A DNA stretch of 64,000 nucleotides from a virus (Duplodnaviria > Caudoviricetes), in the IMG/VR virus record IMGVR_UViG_3300032257_000006, positions 1 through 64,000 of that record. One strand, 5' to 3'. The position numbers and the translations under genes were made by a program. Below, one piece after another: positions 45,405-55,200 of this stretch. Below the pieces are notes generated by a model, which saw only the letters and a program-made list of their open reading frames with translations, was not told where the DNA came from and searched no databases. The number at the start of each line of letters is the position of its first letter. Within the stretch, counting starts at the first letter, position 1.

Positions 45405-45943
45405 AATCTATAGCAGGCAGAGCTGGTGTCGACAGATCTAACCGGAACACGAACAGCGAACTAGAAAGAATGAAGCGCAAATTGCTAGGCCTACCTGACA
45501 TAGCACTAAAGGCTGTAATTCGCGGCGTCTACCCGACCATTGTTAGGGAGACTGTCCAAGACTCTGGTAAAGCAGCCTATAACTGGTGGATAGGAGAAGG
45601 CAAAGCTTCGATGAACCGGTTTTATGTAGGAGACAGTGTTGGGCCGATAGGGTTTGCAGGAGAGAAGAGATCTAAAGGCGGGCCACGTCACAAACCTGTT
45701 AACGTAAGCACAGTAAGTCCAGAGGTAATTGTAGGCCTTAAGATTTCTTACATGGAAAAAGTGCTAGAGACCACTAGTTTTGACAGACTGGGCGGGGCCA
45801 CTATATACAACAAGACACCTGTCAAAAATGCGGATACCTTTAAAGGTACTTACGAGGGCAATGCGCAGATACGGTTGGCAGTAGCTAAAGCTATGGTAAA
45901 TGCTCAAGGCGCTATGGATATGGCTATGCGGGAGTTCAACTAG
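45380..45943 (+). CDS. Putative neck/tail completion protein
   Basis: 187 aa, basic; QDSGKAAYNW pattern. Confidence 0.55.
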   Translation: MDIGMPDIKSIAGRAGVDRSNRNTNSELERMKRKLLGLPDIALKAVIRGVYPTIVRETVQDSGKAAYNWWIGEGKASMNRFYVGDSVGPIGFAGEKRSKGGPRHKPVNVSTVSPEVIVGLKISYMEKVLETTSFDRLGGATIYNKTPVKNADTFKGTYEGNAQIRLAVAKAMVNAQGAMDMAMREFN

Positions 45944-46363
45944 ATGGCTAGCAGAGGCGAAGTAGCAGACGCTATAGAGAAATACTTAGAAGCTAACTGG
46001 TCTGCAACCAAAATAAGCTTCGAGAATATTGACGAGAAAAATCCGGACGACCCTACAAAACTACTGTCAGAAGGAAAGGACCCGTACATATTTTCAGCCA
46101 CACAGTTTGGTGACTCTAATGCCGCTGAGATAGGCCGCACGTTCAGAAGAACGCACGGCGTATTGTATATGGAAGTTAGAATACCAGATGGCAAGGGCAC
46201 CAGGTTGGGACATAATTATATATCCCAACTGCAATCGCTTATAGAGTACCAAGACATAGGCGATGCAAGAATGCGAGGCTCATCCTCAAGTGATGGCTTT
46301 TCTAGTGGGGGTTGGTATATACTCCCTCTATCTTTTAAATTCAGATATGACCGACAGGAGTAA
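45944..46363 (+). CDS. Putative tail terminator
   Basis: 139 aa before the tail tube; FRRTHGVLYMEVRIPDGKG. Confidence 0.6.
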   Translation: MASRGEVADAIEKYLEANWSATKISFENIDEKNPDDPTKLLSEGKDPYIFSATQFGDSNAAEIGRTFRRTHGVLYMEVRIPDGKGTRLGHNYISQLQSLIEYQDIGDARMRGSSSSDGFSSGGWYILPLSFKFRYDRQE

Positions 46364-46366
46364 GCT

Positions 46367-47551
46367 ATGCCTATAGCAGACAGTTCAAGAACTTCACTTG
46401 CGTACACTTTAGAGCCTCCTACAGGTCTTGACGGTAGCGAAGTATTCAAATTACTACGTACCACAGGTAACACGCTCAATGGTACGATCAACTCTGCACC
46501 GACAGACGAAATTCGTTCTGATCGTCAGATCTCAGGATCATCACATACTTCTGGTTCTGCCGGCGGTGATGTAAACACACAATTAAGCTACGGTGAATAT
46601 GATGACTTCTTAGAAGCATTACTAGAATCATCAGGCTGGACAAACTTCACAGCAACAGCTACAGATTTTGTACTTGCTACAAAAACTATCACGCTTAGCA
46701 CAACTGCTGGTCTGATCCCAGAGCAAGCAATCCGTATCGACTCTTCAACATCTAACAACGGTATCTTTACTATCGCAACTGTAGTTGATGGTACAAACAT
46801 CACTGTAGTAGAAGCACTTGTTGACGAAGCTACGGCAACTGCTAATGTGGTATCTCAGATGATCTCTAACGAGACAACTGCTCGTATCTTTGCATTGGAG
46901 ACAGCTTTCCAAGACGTTGGCGAATTCGTTCTTTATGAAGGACAGCGCGTAGGCTCTCTTAAATTTGCGTTAGGTAACTCGCAAATTAGTGGCGGCTTCA
47001 GCTTCATGGGCACAGGCCATACAGCTTCTGGTGCATCTGTTAGTTCTGGCGGTATCGGTGCCTATACACCTTCATTGTCTAACGACGTACTTAACGGCGC
47101 TTCAGGCATCTCTAATGTTGCCATGGAAAAAGTTAATGTTGACGGGTCTCATGATGCGGCAGAGACAGCGATCTTCGAATCACTAGACGTGACTATCGAT
47201 AACGCACTACGTGAACAGCCAGGTCTAGGTAGCTTGTACCCAGTAGGCATTGGCCGTGGTCGTTTCTCTGCTGACTTATCTGCCAACTTGTACTTCGAAA
47301 GTCGTGCAGTTTATGAAAAATTTGTAGCCAACGATGTAATGACAGTTCGCTTTATCTTAAGTGACAATGCACTAGACGCCGCTGCAGGTAATTCTTACCT
47401 GTTTAGTTTTCCTGGCTGCCGTATTCAATCGTATTCAGCTAACCCAGAGTCTGCTGATTCTGATGTTATGGCTAAAGTAGCATTCAAGGGTGTTATTGAC
47501 CCGTACTTGACGCAGAAGACCTGTATCATTACACGGTTCCCAACACCTTAG
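46367..47551 (+). CDS. Major tail tube protein
   Basis: MPIADSSRTSLAY...EIRSDRQ...AGGDVNTQLSYGEYDDFLEALL; 394 aa. Confidence 0.8.
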   Translation: MPIADSSRTSLAYTLEPPTGLDGSEVFKLLRTTGNTLNGTINSAPTDEIRSDRQISGSSHTSGSAGGDVNTQLSYGEYDDFLEALLESSGWTNFTATATDFVLATKTITLSTTAGLIPEQAIRIDSSTSNNGIFTIATVVDGTNITVVEALVDEATATANVVSQMISNETTARIFALETAFQDVGEFVLYEGQRVGSLKFALGNSQISGGFSFMGTGHTASGASVSSGGIGAYTPSLSNDVLNGASGISNVAMEKVNVDGSHDAAETAIFESLDVTIDNALREQPGLGSLYPVGIGRGRFSADLSANLYFESRAVYEKFVANDVMTVRFILSDNALDAAAGNSYLFSFPGCRIQSYSANPESADSDVMAKVAFKGVIDPYLTQKTCIITRFPTP

Positions 47552-47558
47552 ACCGAGT

Positions 47559-47618
47559 AAGAGAGCTGGATCGGGGGCACCTTAAATCCTCTCCAGTGCG
47601 GGAAATTCCAGCTCTCTT
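47559..47618 (+). other. 12-bp stem enclosing 36 nt between the tail tube and chaperone genes
   Basis: AAGAGAGCTGGA / TCCAGCTCTCTT. Confidence 0.6.
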
Positions 47619-47702
47619 CTTATTAACCGTAAGCACTGTACTACTGGGGTAGAAAGTTCAAGAGTTCTTTTTACTTCGTGTTATTCAACATGGAGAAAAC
47701 CA

Positions 47703-48128
47703 ATGTCCGAAAATAAAAGTTTTGACCTATCGTCATTAGCACCTGTCCAAAGCATGGCTGAAGAAGGTGTGTGGATCGAGTTCTTTGGCGACTCACGCCT
47801 TAAGATCGCGCAGGCACAAAACCCTAAGCACCAAGCATTCTTGAGCAACCAGTATAAGATCCACCGCCGTAAGATTGATCTCGAGAACAAAGCAGCTGAC
47901 GATTTGTCAGAAGAGATTACCTTGCAAGGCATGGCTAAGTTCTTACTGATGGATTGGGAGAACATCACTATCGATGGTGTCCAGAATACGCCTTATTCTC
48001 CAGAGATCGGCGTCAAGGCAATGATCGCAGTTCCCGTCTTACGCAAGGAAGTGGAAGAGCAGTCTCGTCGTCTTCAAAATTTTCAGGAAGCTGAGAATGT
48101 TGAGGACGCCGACAATGTAAAGACGTAA
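47703..48128 (+). CDS. Tail assembly chaperone (gpG-like)
   Basis: 141 aa after the tail tube; LLMDWENITIDG. Confidence 0.75.
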   Translation: MSENKSFDLSSLAPVQSMAEEGVWIEFFGDSRLKIAQAQNPKHQAFLSNQYKIHRRKIDLENKAADDLSEEITLQGMAKFLLMDWENITIDGVQNTPYSPEIGVKAMIAVPVLRKEVEEQSRRLQNFQEAENVEDADNVKT

Positions 48129-48457
48129 TCGCCTGGCAGTTAAGATGGGGAAGCCCAGAGCGACAGTCCACTCTATCTAGAATGAGTGAGAAAACGGGGC
48201 GACTACCGGAAGCCTTGCTAAGGAAGCCAGAACTAAAGCGTTGGAATGTTAAGTATATCTCAGCATTCCAAGCTTTATCCCCTTCTCGTAGTCATTCAGA
48301 ATCCCCGCACCCTTTGAAATTTTCTGATATTATTACCTACGGAAAGCTTACAGGTATTTTAAACGATGCCGATCTGCTATTCTTCTACCAAATGGTTAGA
48401 CTGTGCGATGAACAGTATTTGATATACCATCAAGAGAATAGCAAAACTGAAGGTTAG
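48104..48457 (+). CDS. Tail assembly chaperone extension (gpT-like), -1 frame
   Basis: The -1 frame is open 48104-48457 and overlaps the end of gpG; VIAWQLRWG... Confidence 0.65.
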   Translation, partial: GRRQCKDVIAWQLRWGSPERQSTLSRMSEKTGRLPEALLRKPELKRWNVKYISAFQALSPSRSHSESPHPLKFSDIITYGKLTGILNDADLLFFYQMVRLCDEQYLIYHQENSKTEG

Positions 48458-48467
48458 GGGTTATTAC

Positions 48468-51400
48468 ATGGCATTTGACATAAATATTGACACCAGCAAA
48501 GCGCTGGGGAAAATTAAAACGGTAAATGCCAGCCTAGATGTAATGGCTGCAAAGATAGTAAAGCTAAACACCAAGGGCCTCGCTCTTGGTGCTGTCGGCC
48601 AAAAAGCAGCTGCTTTGAAAGGGTCAGCCGGTACCGGCAGTGTTGCCCTTCAAGATCTCTCACGTTCAATGTCACAACTCAAAGCCATGTCTTACACTAC
48701 CAATGAAGGTATTACAGGTGTAAGCAAGCAGATAAGTACGTTCGGTGCGCAGACAGCTAAGTCAGGTAAAAATCTGAAACAGTTCAGACAGAACATGAAC
48801 CACACAGCCAAAGAAGCTGCAGCTTTGCGTGCAGGTATGTATGCGACAGGCACTCACTTCGGCGCATTCACTGCACAGACAATTTTGGCAGCCACTGCAA
48901 CCTATATGCTAGTTAGAGCATTTGTGGCTGTAGTTCAGACAGGTGCTGAGTTCGAACAGAGCATGGCTAGAGCTAACGCGGTAATGGGCAACACCGGTAT
49001 GGGAGAAGCAGCTGAACGAGCTGCAACCTTAGAACAGGAAGTCCGTAGACTGGGCGAGTCCACTGTATTTACAGTGAACGAAGTGGCCGGAGGTCTGGTG
49101 TTCTTGGGTATGGCTGGTCTAAATACAGCAGAAGCAACCAAGGCCTTAGAACCTGTACTTAACATAGCCTCTATCGGCATGATCGAAATGGCTCGAGCCG
49201 CGGATATAGCTACCAACATAATGCTTGGCTTTGACAAAGGTGCGAAAGACTTAGTAGATATTGTCGACATAATGGCCGTAGCTATTACTAGCAGTAACAT
49301 GGATATGGAACAATTAGGAAACTCATTGTCCTATGTCGCACCGGTTGCCACGGCTACTAACAACAGCCTTAAAGATACGGTAGCTACATTAGAGTTATTC
49401 CACAATGTAGGTATCAAGTCTAGCCGTGCAGGTACTTCTCTACGCAGAGCCATGATCAATCTAAGTAAGCCAACAGAGAAAGTAAGCGCTGTACTTACTA
49501 GGTTAGGTGTTACGTTGTTTGATCAGCAAAACAAGATGAAACCACTTGTAAATATAATGCGTCAGTTCGTTAAAGCACAAGCGTCTGTGTCAGATATTAC
49601 AACCATATTCGGGGCCAGAGCCGCTCCAGCATTGTTAAAATTCTACAGCGACTTGCAGAAGGAAGTGGATGGTGGCACATCTTCGTTCCAGAAGTTCAGG
49701 AACGAGCTGGATGCAGCCGAAGGCCAAGCAGATAAAATACGCGATGGTATAGAGGACACTTTAGCAGCAGACTGGAAGAAGTTAATATCTGCCATGAGCG
49801 AATTGTCTCTACAGATATTCAAGGATATAGTGCCAGGACTACGCTCCATGGTAGCTGGAGTTACTGAGTTTGTAAGAGCTATGAACGGAGAAGCTATAGT
49901 AGAATTTGCTAAAGGAATAGCAGCACTTATAACTACCGTATATTTGCTAGAACCTGTAGTGATAGGTGCCATAGCGCTGTTCTCGAAAATGGCAGCCGGT
50001 GCAACTATTGCCAGTGTTGCAGTTAAAGGCTTAGCAGCTTCGGCTGCATTCCTTGCAGGACCTGTAGGTATAGCGATCCTTGCTGTAGGTGCGTTGGCCT
50101 ATGCAGCAAGTCAGTACAAATCTACGGTAGGCAAAGCTACGGATGCGTCAGAGATGCATGCAAGGAAACTTGCGGAAGAAGCTGATGCAGCTGATAAGCT
50201 AAAAAAACTAAAAGAACAGTTAAACGAACTAGGTCGAGAAGATCTGCTTATACGTGCAGCTGCTTACGCAAGTCAGAACGAGAACGCGAGTAAGGCAGAG
50301 GCACTGGCCTTGAGGACTCAAGTAGCGTCACAGAGCCGTTTGGTAGAACTAGCAAGACAGCGGTCTCAAATATCTAAAGACATGGTAAGCGGTAACCTGT
50401 CTTCAGATGAAGGCACTGCTCAGATGTCTAGAAACAGATTCCTTACTGACATGACTGCCAAGCAGTTAGCCATAGCAACAGGCGAGCTCAATGTAATTAG
50501 AGAAGGCCTAGCACCTGCAAAAGAAAAAGCTAAGATAGCCAAGGATGCGTTGGATCTCTCCAACGCGCAAGTAAAGGCCACAGCTGAAGAAGTTGCTCTT
50601 ATACGTCAGAAGGCGCGTATGACCGAAGATGCTAGCGGGTCTACTACCATCGCCAAATCTAAAGAACGTGCAGAGTTATTGTCACGCGAGATAGATATGC
50701 AGAAGGCATTAGGGAACATAAACAGCGTAGAGCAGTCAGCAGCTAAAGCCTCTATATACGCTAACGAACTTAAGTTTGTAAACGGCGAATTGGATACTAT
50801 TATAGCGCACCAAGAGAACATCGTAGCACTTGCAAAATCTAATGCCTTTGACACTGAAGGGCTAGGCACAGCAGACGCTCAAAGGCTAACTAAAAAATAC
50901 ACGGAAGAGAGAGAAGCTTTAGAGAAATTGCAAAGACAGAAGATAAATTTTGAAAGAGGTACTAGCAAGAACATTGGTGCTGAAGAAGGTAAGACGTTAG
51001 CTCTAGGCGCATCAGTAGATGACAGCCTTAAGAGTGTGTGGCAGAAAGAAAAAGAAAGTTACGCTGTTAGACTTTCAGCCCTTAGAAAGTTCCATAAGGA
51101 GAAAGACATTGTAGGGAAAGAAGCCTCGTTCGCTGAAGCCGAGCTTACGCTGAAGTCAGGCGCCGCACAGGTTGCAAACGCTGCGCAGTATGTAGGCCAA
51201 TTGGTCGGTATGGCAGCGCAAGCATCTCAGCGCAAGTATGACATCTCAAGAAAAGAAGCGGAGAAGAGTTACGAATTGTGGCAGACAGCCAATGATCGTC
51301 AGAAAGAATTTAGAGATGCAGCTAACAATGCGCAGACAGCCGGAGATGCGCAGTACTACAACAACATAGCCAATCAGTACAAGGCCTACGCTTCTCAATA

Positions 51401-51869
51401 CAAGAAACAGTTTGAAGAGCGTGACGCAATTGCTCGTAAGAATTTTGAGAGCAACAAGCGCATGCAGATTGCACAGACCAGAATAAATACTATTGCCGGT
51501 GCGGCGATGGTACTTTCGCAGCTTGGTTACTGGGGCATCCCAATTGCAGCTGGGATGGTTAAGCTAGGACAGGACATGGTGTCTGACATCAAGTCCCAGC
51601 AATACCAAAGCCCAGGCGGTGGGTCTTCACAGTTCGGCGGCTTGCCATCCGCTGTAGACAATACTAGCAGCTCAAATATATCTGACGCACCTAGAAGTGA
51701 TGGTACTAGCAACGCGCTGAATATCTATATAGAAGGCGCGATCACAGAAGATATGATAAATGATGTAGTTATACCTGCAATTCAAGACGGTATAAATGAA
51801 AGAGATATTGTACTTATAAGCGGGACAGGTGCAGACTCGGCTCAGTTATCTCAAGTTAAAGGGTTGTAG
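48468..51869 (+). CDS. Tape measure protein
   Basis: 1133 aa, Ala-rich helical; FEQSMARANAV...LGESTVFT..EVA.GL.FLGMAG core. Confidence 0.9.
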   Translation: MAFDINIDTSKALGKIKTVNASLDVMAAKIVKLNTKGLALGAVGQKAAALKGSAGTGSVALQDLSRSMSQLKAMSYTTNEGITGVSKQISTFGAQTAKSGKNLKQFRQNMNHTAKEAAALRAGMYATGTHFGAFTAQTILAATATYMLVRAFVAVVQTGAEFEQSMARANAVMGNTGMGEAAERAATLEQEVRRLGESTVFTVNEVAGGLVFLGMAGLNTAEATKALEPVLNIASIGMIEMARAADIATNIMLGFDKGAKDLVDIVDIMAVAITSSNMDMEQLGNSLSYVAPVATATNNSLKDTVATLELFHNVGIKSSRAGTSLRRAMINLSKPTEKVSAVLTRLGVTLFDQQNKMKPLVNIMRQFVKAQASVSDITTIFGARAAPALLKFYSDLQKEVDGGTSSFQKFRNELDAAEGQADKIRDGIEDTLAADWKKLISAMSELSLQIFKDIVPGLRSMVAGVTEFVRAMNGEAIVEFAKGIAALITTVYLLEPVVIGAIALFSKMAAGATIASVAVKGLAASAAFLAGPVGIAILAVGALAYAASQYKSTVGKATDASEMHARKLAEEADAADKLKKLKEQLNELGREDLLIRAAAYASQNENASKAEALALRTQVASQSRLVELARQRSQISKDMVSGNLSSDEGTAQMSRNRFLTDMTAKQLAIATGELNVIREGLAPAKEKAKIAKDALDLSNAQVKATAEEVALIRQKARMTEDASGSTTIAKSKERAELLSREIDMQKALGNINSVEQSAAKASIYANELKFVNGELDTIIAHQENIVALAKSNAFDTEGLGTADAQRLTKKYTEEREALEKLQRQKINFERGTSKNIGAEEGKTLALGASVDDSLKSVWQKEKESYAVRLSALRKFHKEKDIVGKEASFAEAELTLKSGAAQVANAAQYVGQLVGMAAQASQRKYDISRKEAEKSYELWQTANDRQKEFRDAANNAQTAGDAQYYNNIANQYKAYASQYKKQFEERDAIARKNFESNKRMQIAQTRINTIAGAAMVLSQLGYWGIPIAAGMVKLGQDMVSDIKSQQYQSPGGGSSQFGGLPSAVDNTSSSNISDAPRSDGTSNALNIYIEGAITEDMINDVVIPAIQDGINERDIVLISGTGADSAQLSQVKGL

Positions 51870-51871
51870 AA

Positions 51872-52267
51872 ATGCCAGCAAATATACGCTATACCGCCAA
51901 GACGTCTAATAGATTGAGAGCAGGAGTTACCGCAGGTACTGTGCAAATATTGTCAGCTACTTTAACTGTCTCTGACTTATCTTTTGTAACCGATAAGAAG
52001 GCAAGATTTGCGTATGACGGGTCTCCAGAAGTTATAGTTAATGGCGAGCATGATGCTCAGAAAATTACTATTAACTATTTAGACGCGACCGATATACTTC
52101 AGGCCAGAGAGTGGTACAAGTCTGTCAGCGATGGTACACAGTTCGAATTGGATTTAGATGGTACGGACACTTACGCAAACGCTATGTTGACTTCATCCAG
52201 CTATAACGAAAGCCGCATAGGCGATACCTTGGAATACTCGATTAGTTTCGAAATACGGTGGTTATAA
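51872..52267 (+). CDS. Putative distal tail protein
   Basis: 131 aa after the tape measure gene; positional. Confidence 0.55.
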   Translation: MPANIRYTAKTSNRLRAGVTAGTVQILSATLTVSDLSFVTDKKARFAYDGSPEVIVNGEHDAQKITINYLDATDILQAREWYKSVSDGTQFELDLDGTDTYANAMLTSSSYNESRIGDTLEYSISFEIRWL

Positions 52268-55200
52268 ATGAAGGAAGTAAACGGCTTATATGCCTCTCAC
52301 CTAGACGAGCCAGTAAAGCACCCTAGAGTAACCATAGCTATCTCATTTGATTCAGCTGATACAGATATAGTATATGTGACTAGTCATGAAGACGGCATAG
52401 GCCCAGCCGGCGAATTGGTGATCCAAGGTGTCATTGAGAAAAATTCTTTATCCAACCAAACTCAAAAAATTGACGTACAGACAGCTACTAGTACCATCGG
52501 TAAACTGTCGTTTAATTTAGTTGATAGAGGAGGTCAAATATCTGACCTTCTAGGCGACAAAGAATTACTAGGGTTCGGGCTACGTTACAAACAAGTTGCC
52601 GTCTACTCTGGATATAAGAACGACCCATGGGAAGCTTACGAGCTAGACACCACTGGAATAGTGGAGAATATAGACCAGGAAGAAAAGCTGTTCAAATTCT
52701 CAGCTACCGATGTGCATAGACTTGCCAGAACTAAAATATTTTCGGTAACGACTCAGTATTTACGAGCCGGCATAGCCGCCAATCAAAAAACTTGTCAGCT
52801 AACAGCCACCAACTTTACGGCGATAGTAAACACGATAACACTAACTGCAGGTACGTACACCGGTTTGGATTTAGTGCCAGGTTCTACTATAGATGTAACT
52901 GGGTCAGTATCAAATAATGGCGCGTTTACTATAGCCGAAGTAATCTCAGAAACTGAGATAAAAGTAAACGAACCACTGGTTACTGAAGCTGTAGTGGCTA
53001 CAGTTGATCACGTATTCCGTATATTGCTTACAGGAAGTGACCTGACAAACTATCAAGGGGTAGAACATGACGCTGAGTATGATGCATGGCCCAACGACAC
53101 TGTAGCATTGGTCACCATAGACGGTGAAATATTCTTACATGACGGCCCTGTAAATGATCCGAATTTTGGTTATTGTTTAGAAGTTAGAGAGAATGGCCGA
53201 GGCGTGCTCAATACAGCAACTAAGTCACATAACTATGACTCAGGAGCAAAAGCCGAGGCTCAGCCGGAAGTTAAAGAAGTAGTGTATCTAGAAGGCGCTG
53301 CACCTAAGCTGGCACTGGCCCTATTAACGGGAACACTGTATGGCCAGACAGGATCATTGCCAGACAACTGGAACTGCGGGGTACCTCCTAAATTTGTACG
53401 TACCTCTGAGTTTGTAAATATTGGTGTAGATTTATGGGACCCTGCTACAGACAAAGGTAGAAAGCTCCAGTTCATTACTACCAAGGAAGTATCTGGGAAA
53501 GACTTTATAGAGAAGCAGATAATGCTGTGGCTTGGCACAGTCATGATTATCCATGCTGACGGGTCATTAGGACTTAAGAAAATACCGGCAATGAACAGCC
53601 AGACCGGCTTCACTGCAGTGCTTGATGATTCTGTCAGTTACAAGCGCGACGTATTGAAGCGCCCTATGGCTAAGTTACTAAATAATGTAGCTATAAATTG
53701 GGGCAAGATTGCACTAAAAGATGAGTATACCAAGACAAGTCAACTGGTCGATGCTACTAGCATAGCTGTGCATGGGTTAAATGCACCGAAGACATTTAAT
53801 TTTGAAGGTGTGCGTCTTGGCGTACATACTGATGAGAATATAAGAGATTACTTAAGAGTTTGGAGAGACCTGTACTCGTCACCGCCTTACGAATTGACTG
53901 TAACCGTAATGCACAAGATGCTTAGGGTAGAAGTCGGAGACTCCGTAAGAGTAGTAATGCCGAACCATGTTGACGTCATAAAGAAAACACCTTTTGACAG
54001 AGTTATGATGGTCACATCTGCTGCGTACAATTCAATAAACGGAGATGTGAGACTAAGCCTTATAGGTCCAAGCAGCTCACCAACACCGTTAGCCGCTGTA
54101 AGTGCGTCAGCTAAGTTAGGTGCTGGCTACTATTCGCCAGGTGGAGCAGCCAGAGAATTAGGTGCAGCAGTAGTCGCTGGCGGAGGGACAATAGTTGGAG
54201 GCGTGATTACAGGAAATTGTATACTTGCCGGTGACGACAGTATGAACGCATTAAGCTCTGTCTTTTATTACAACGGTGATTTAGAGATAGGGTCTGGTGT
54301 AGTTGTAAGTCTATTTAATAATGTAAACTTTAGGATAGACGGGAACTTTACTGTCAATGGTAATATAAATTCATTAGGGTCACCCAATCTAGGCGGCCTC
54401 TATGATGGATCTACTCACCCAATTACCGGTGTGGCAGGCAGTACCATAACCTCATCTGAACCTCTGGATAGCATAAATATAGGGGATCTGGTTACAGCGA
54501 ATATCACAAATTACTACCAGACTGGAGAGCCTCCAGTTGGCCGGTATTTCTTAGTAGCCGATAAGCCTACAGCCAATTCTATAACAGTAACCTTCCCTGA
54601 CGGAGGCAGTGTAGAAGCGAGCGCCTCTATCCTTTACAGAGTAGAGCCTTACTATACCCCTGCCAATATACAATCGGACGTCATAGGTGATTCTGCCTTT
54701 GGTACCAATATAGGATTAGCTGGAGCCAGTTTAACTGTATTTAGCAACTCTACAATGCGTGTGGCAAGTTCGGGATACGGTAGGACTGAATCTGAATCTG
54801 GTGGCATAGGTGACTTCTCCAGACATTTAAGCATAGTAAATGAAGGTTCAGAAATCGTAGGCCTACCTGACAAGTTCACAGGTACCGGAGGTACTGGAGG
54901 GTATCCGGTAACCTCGTATATAAGTGGTGATTACTATGCCACTCACAATAAAATACTGGCCTCAGGCGGCAGAGGCGGGGCTGGCGGAGCGGGGTTACTG
55001 GTCGTCTGTAAAGGCTCTAGCTTTGGCGTCAATTCAAATATAGACCTAAGCGGAGAAACAGGTTTAGTACCTGACGTTTACACAGCGTCAAACTATTCTT
55101 TATCTATATCAGTTAATATATATGCTGGAGCTGGGAGAGGAGGAAACCCAGGCGCACTTTATATTATGCATGACGGAGACTACACCACTCCCTCACTGGA

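Noticed and set aside
47704-47713. ATGTCCGAAA half-site at the chaperone start
   Set aside because: No left half; explained by the codons Met-Ser-Glu.
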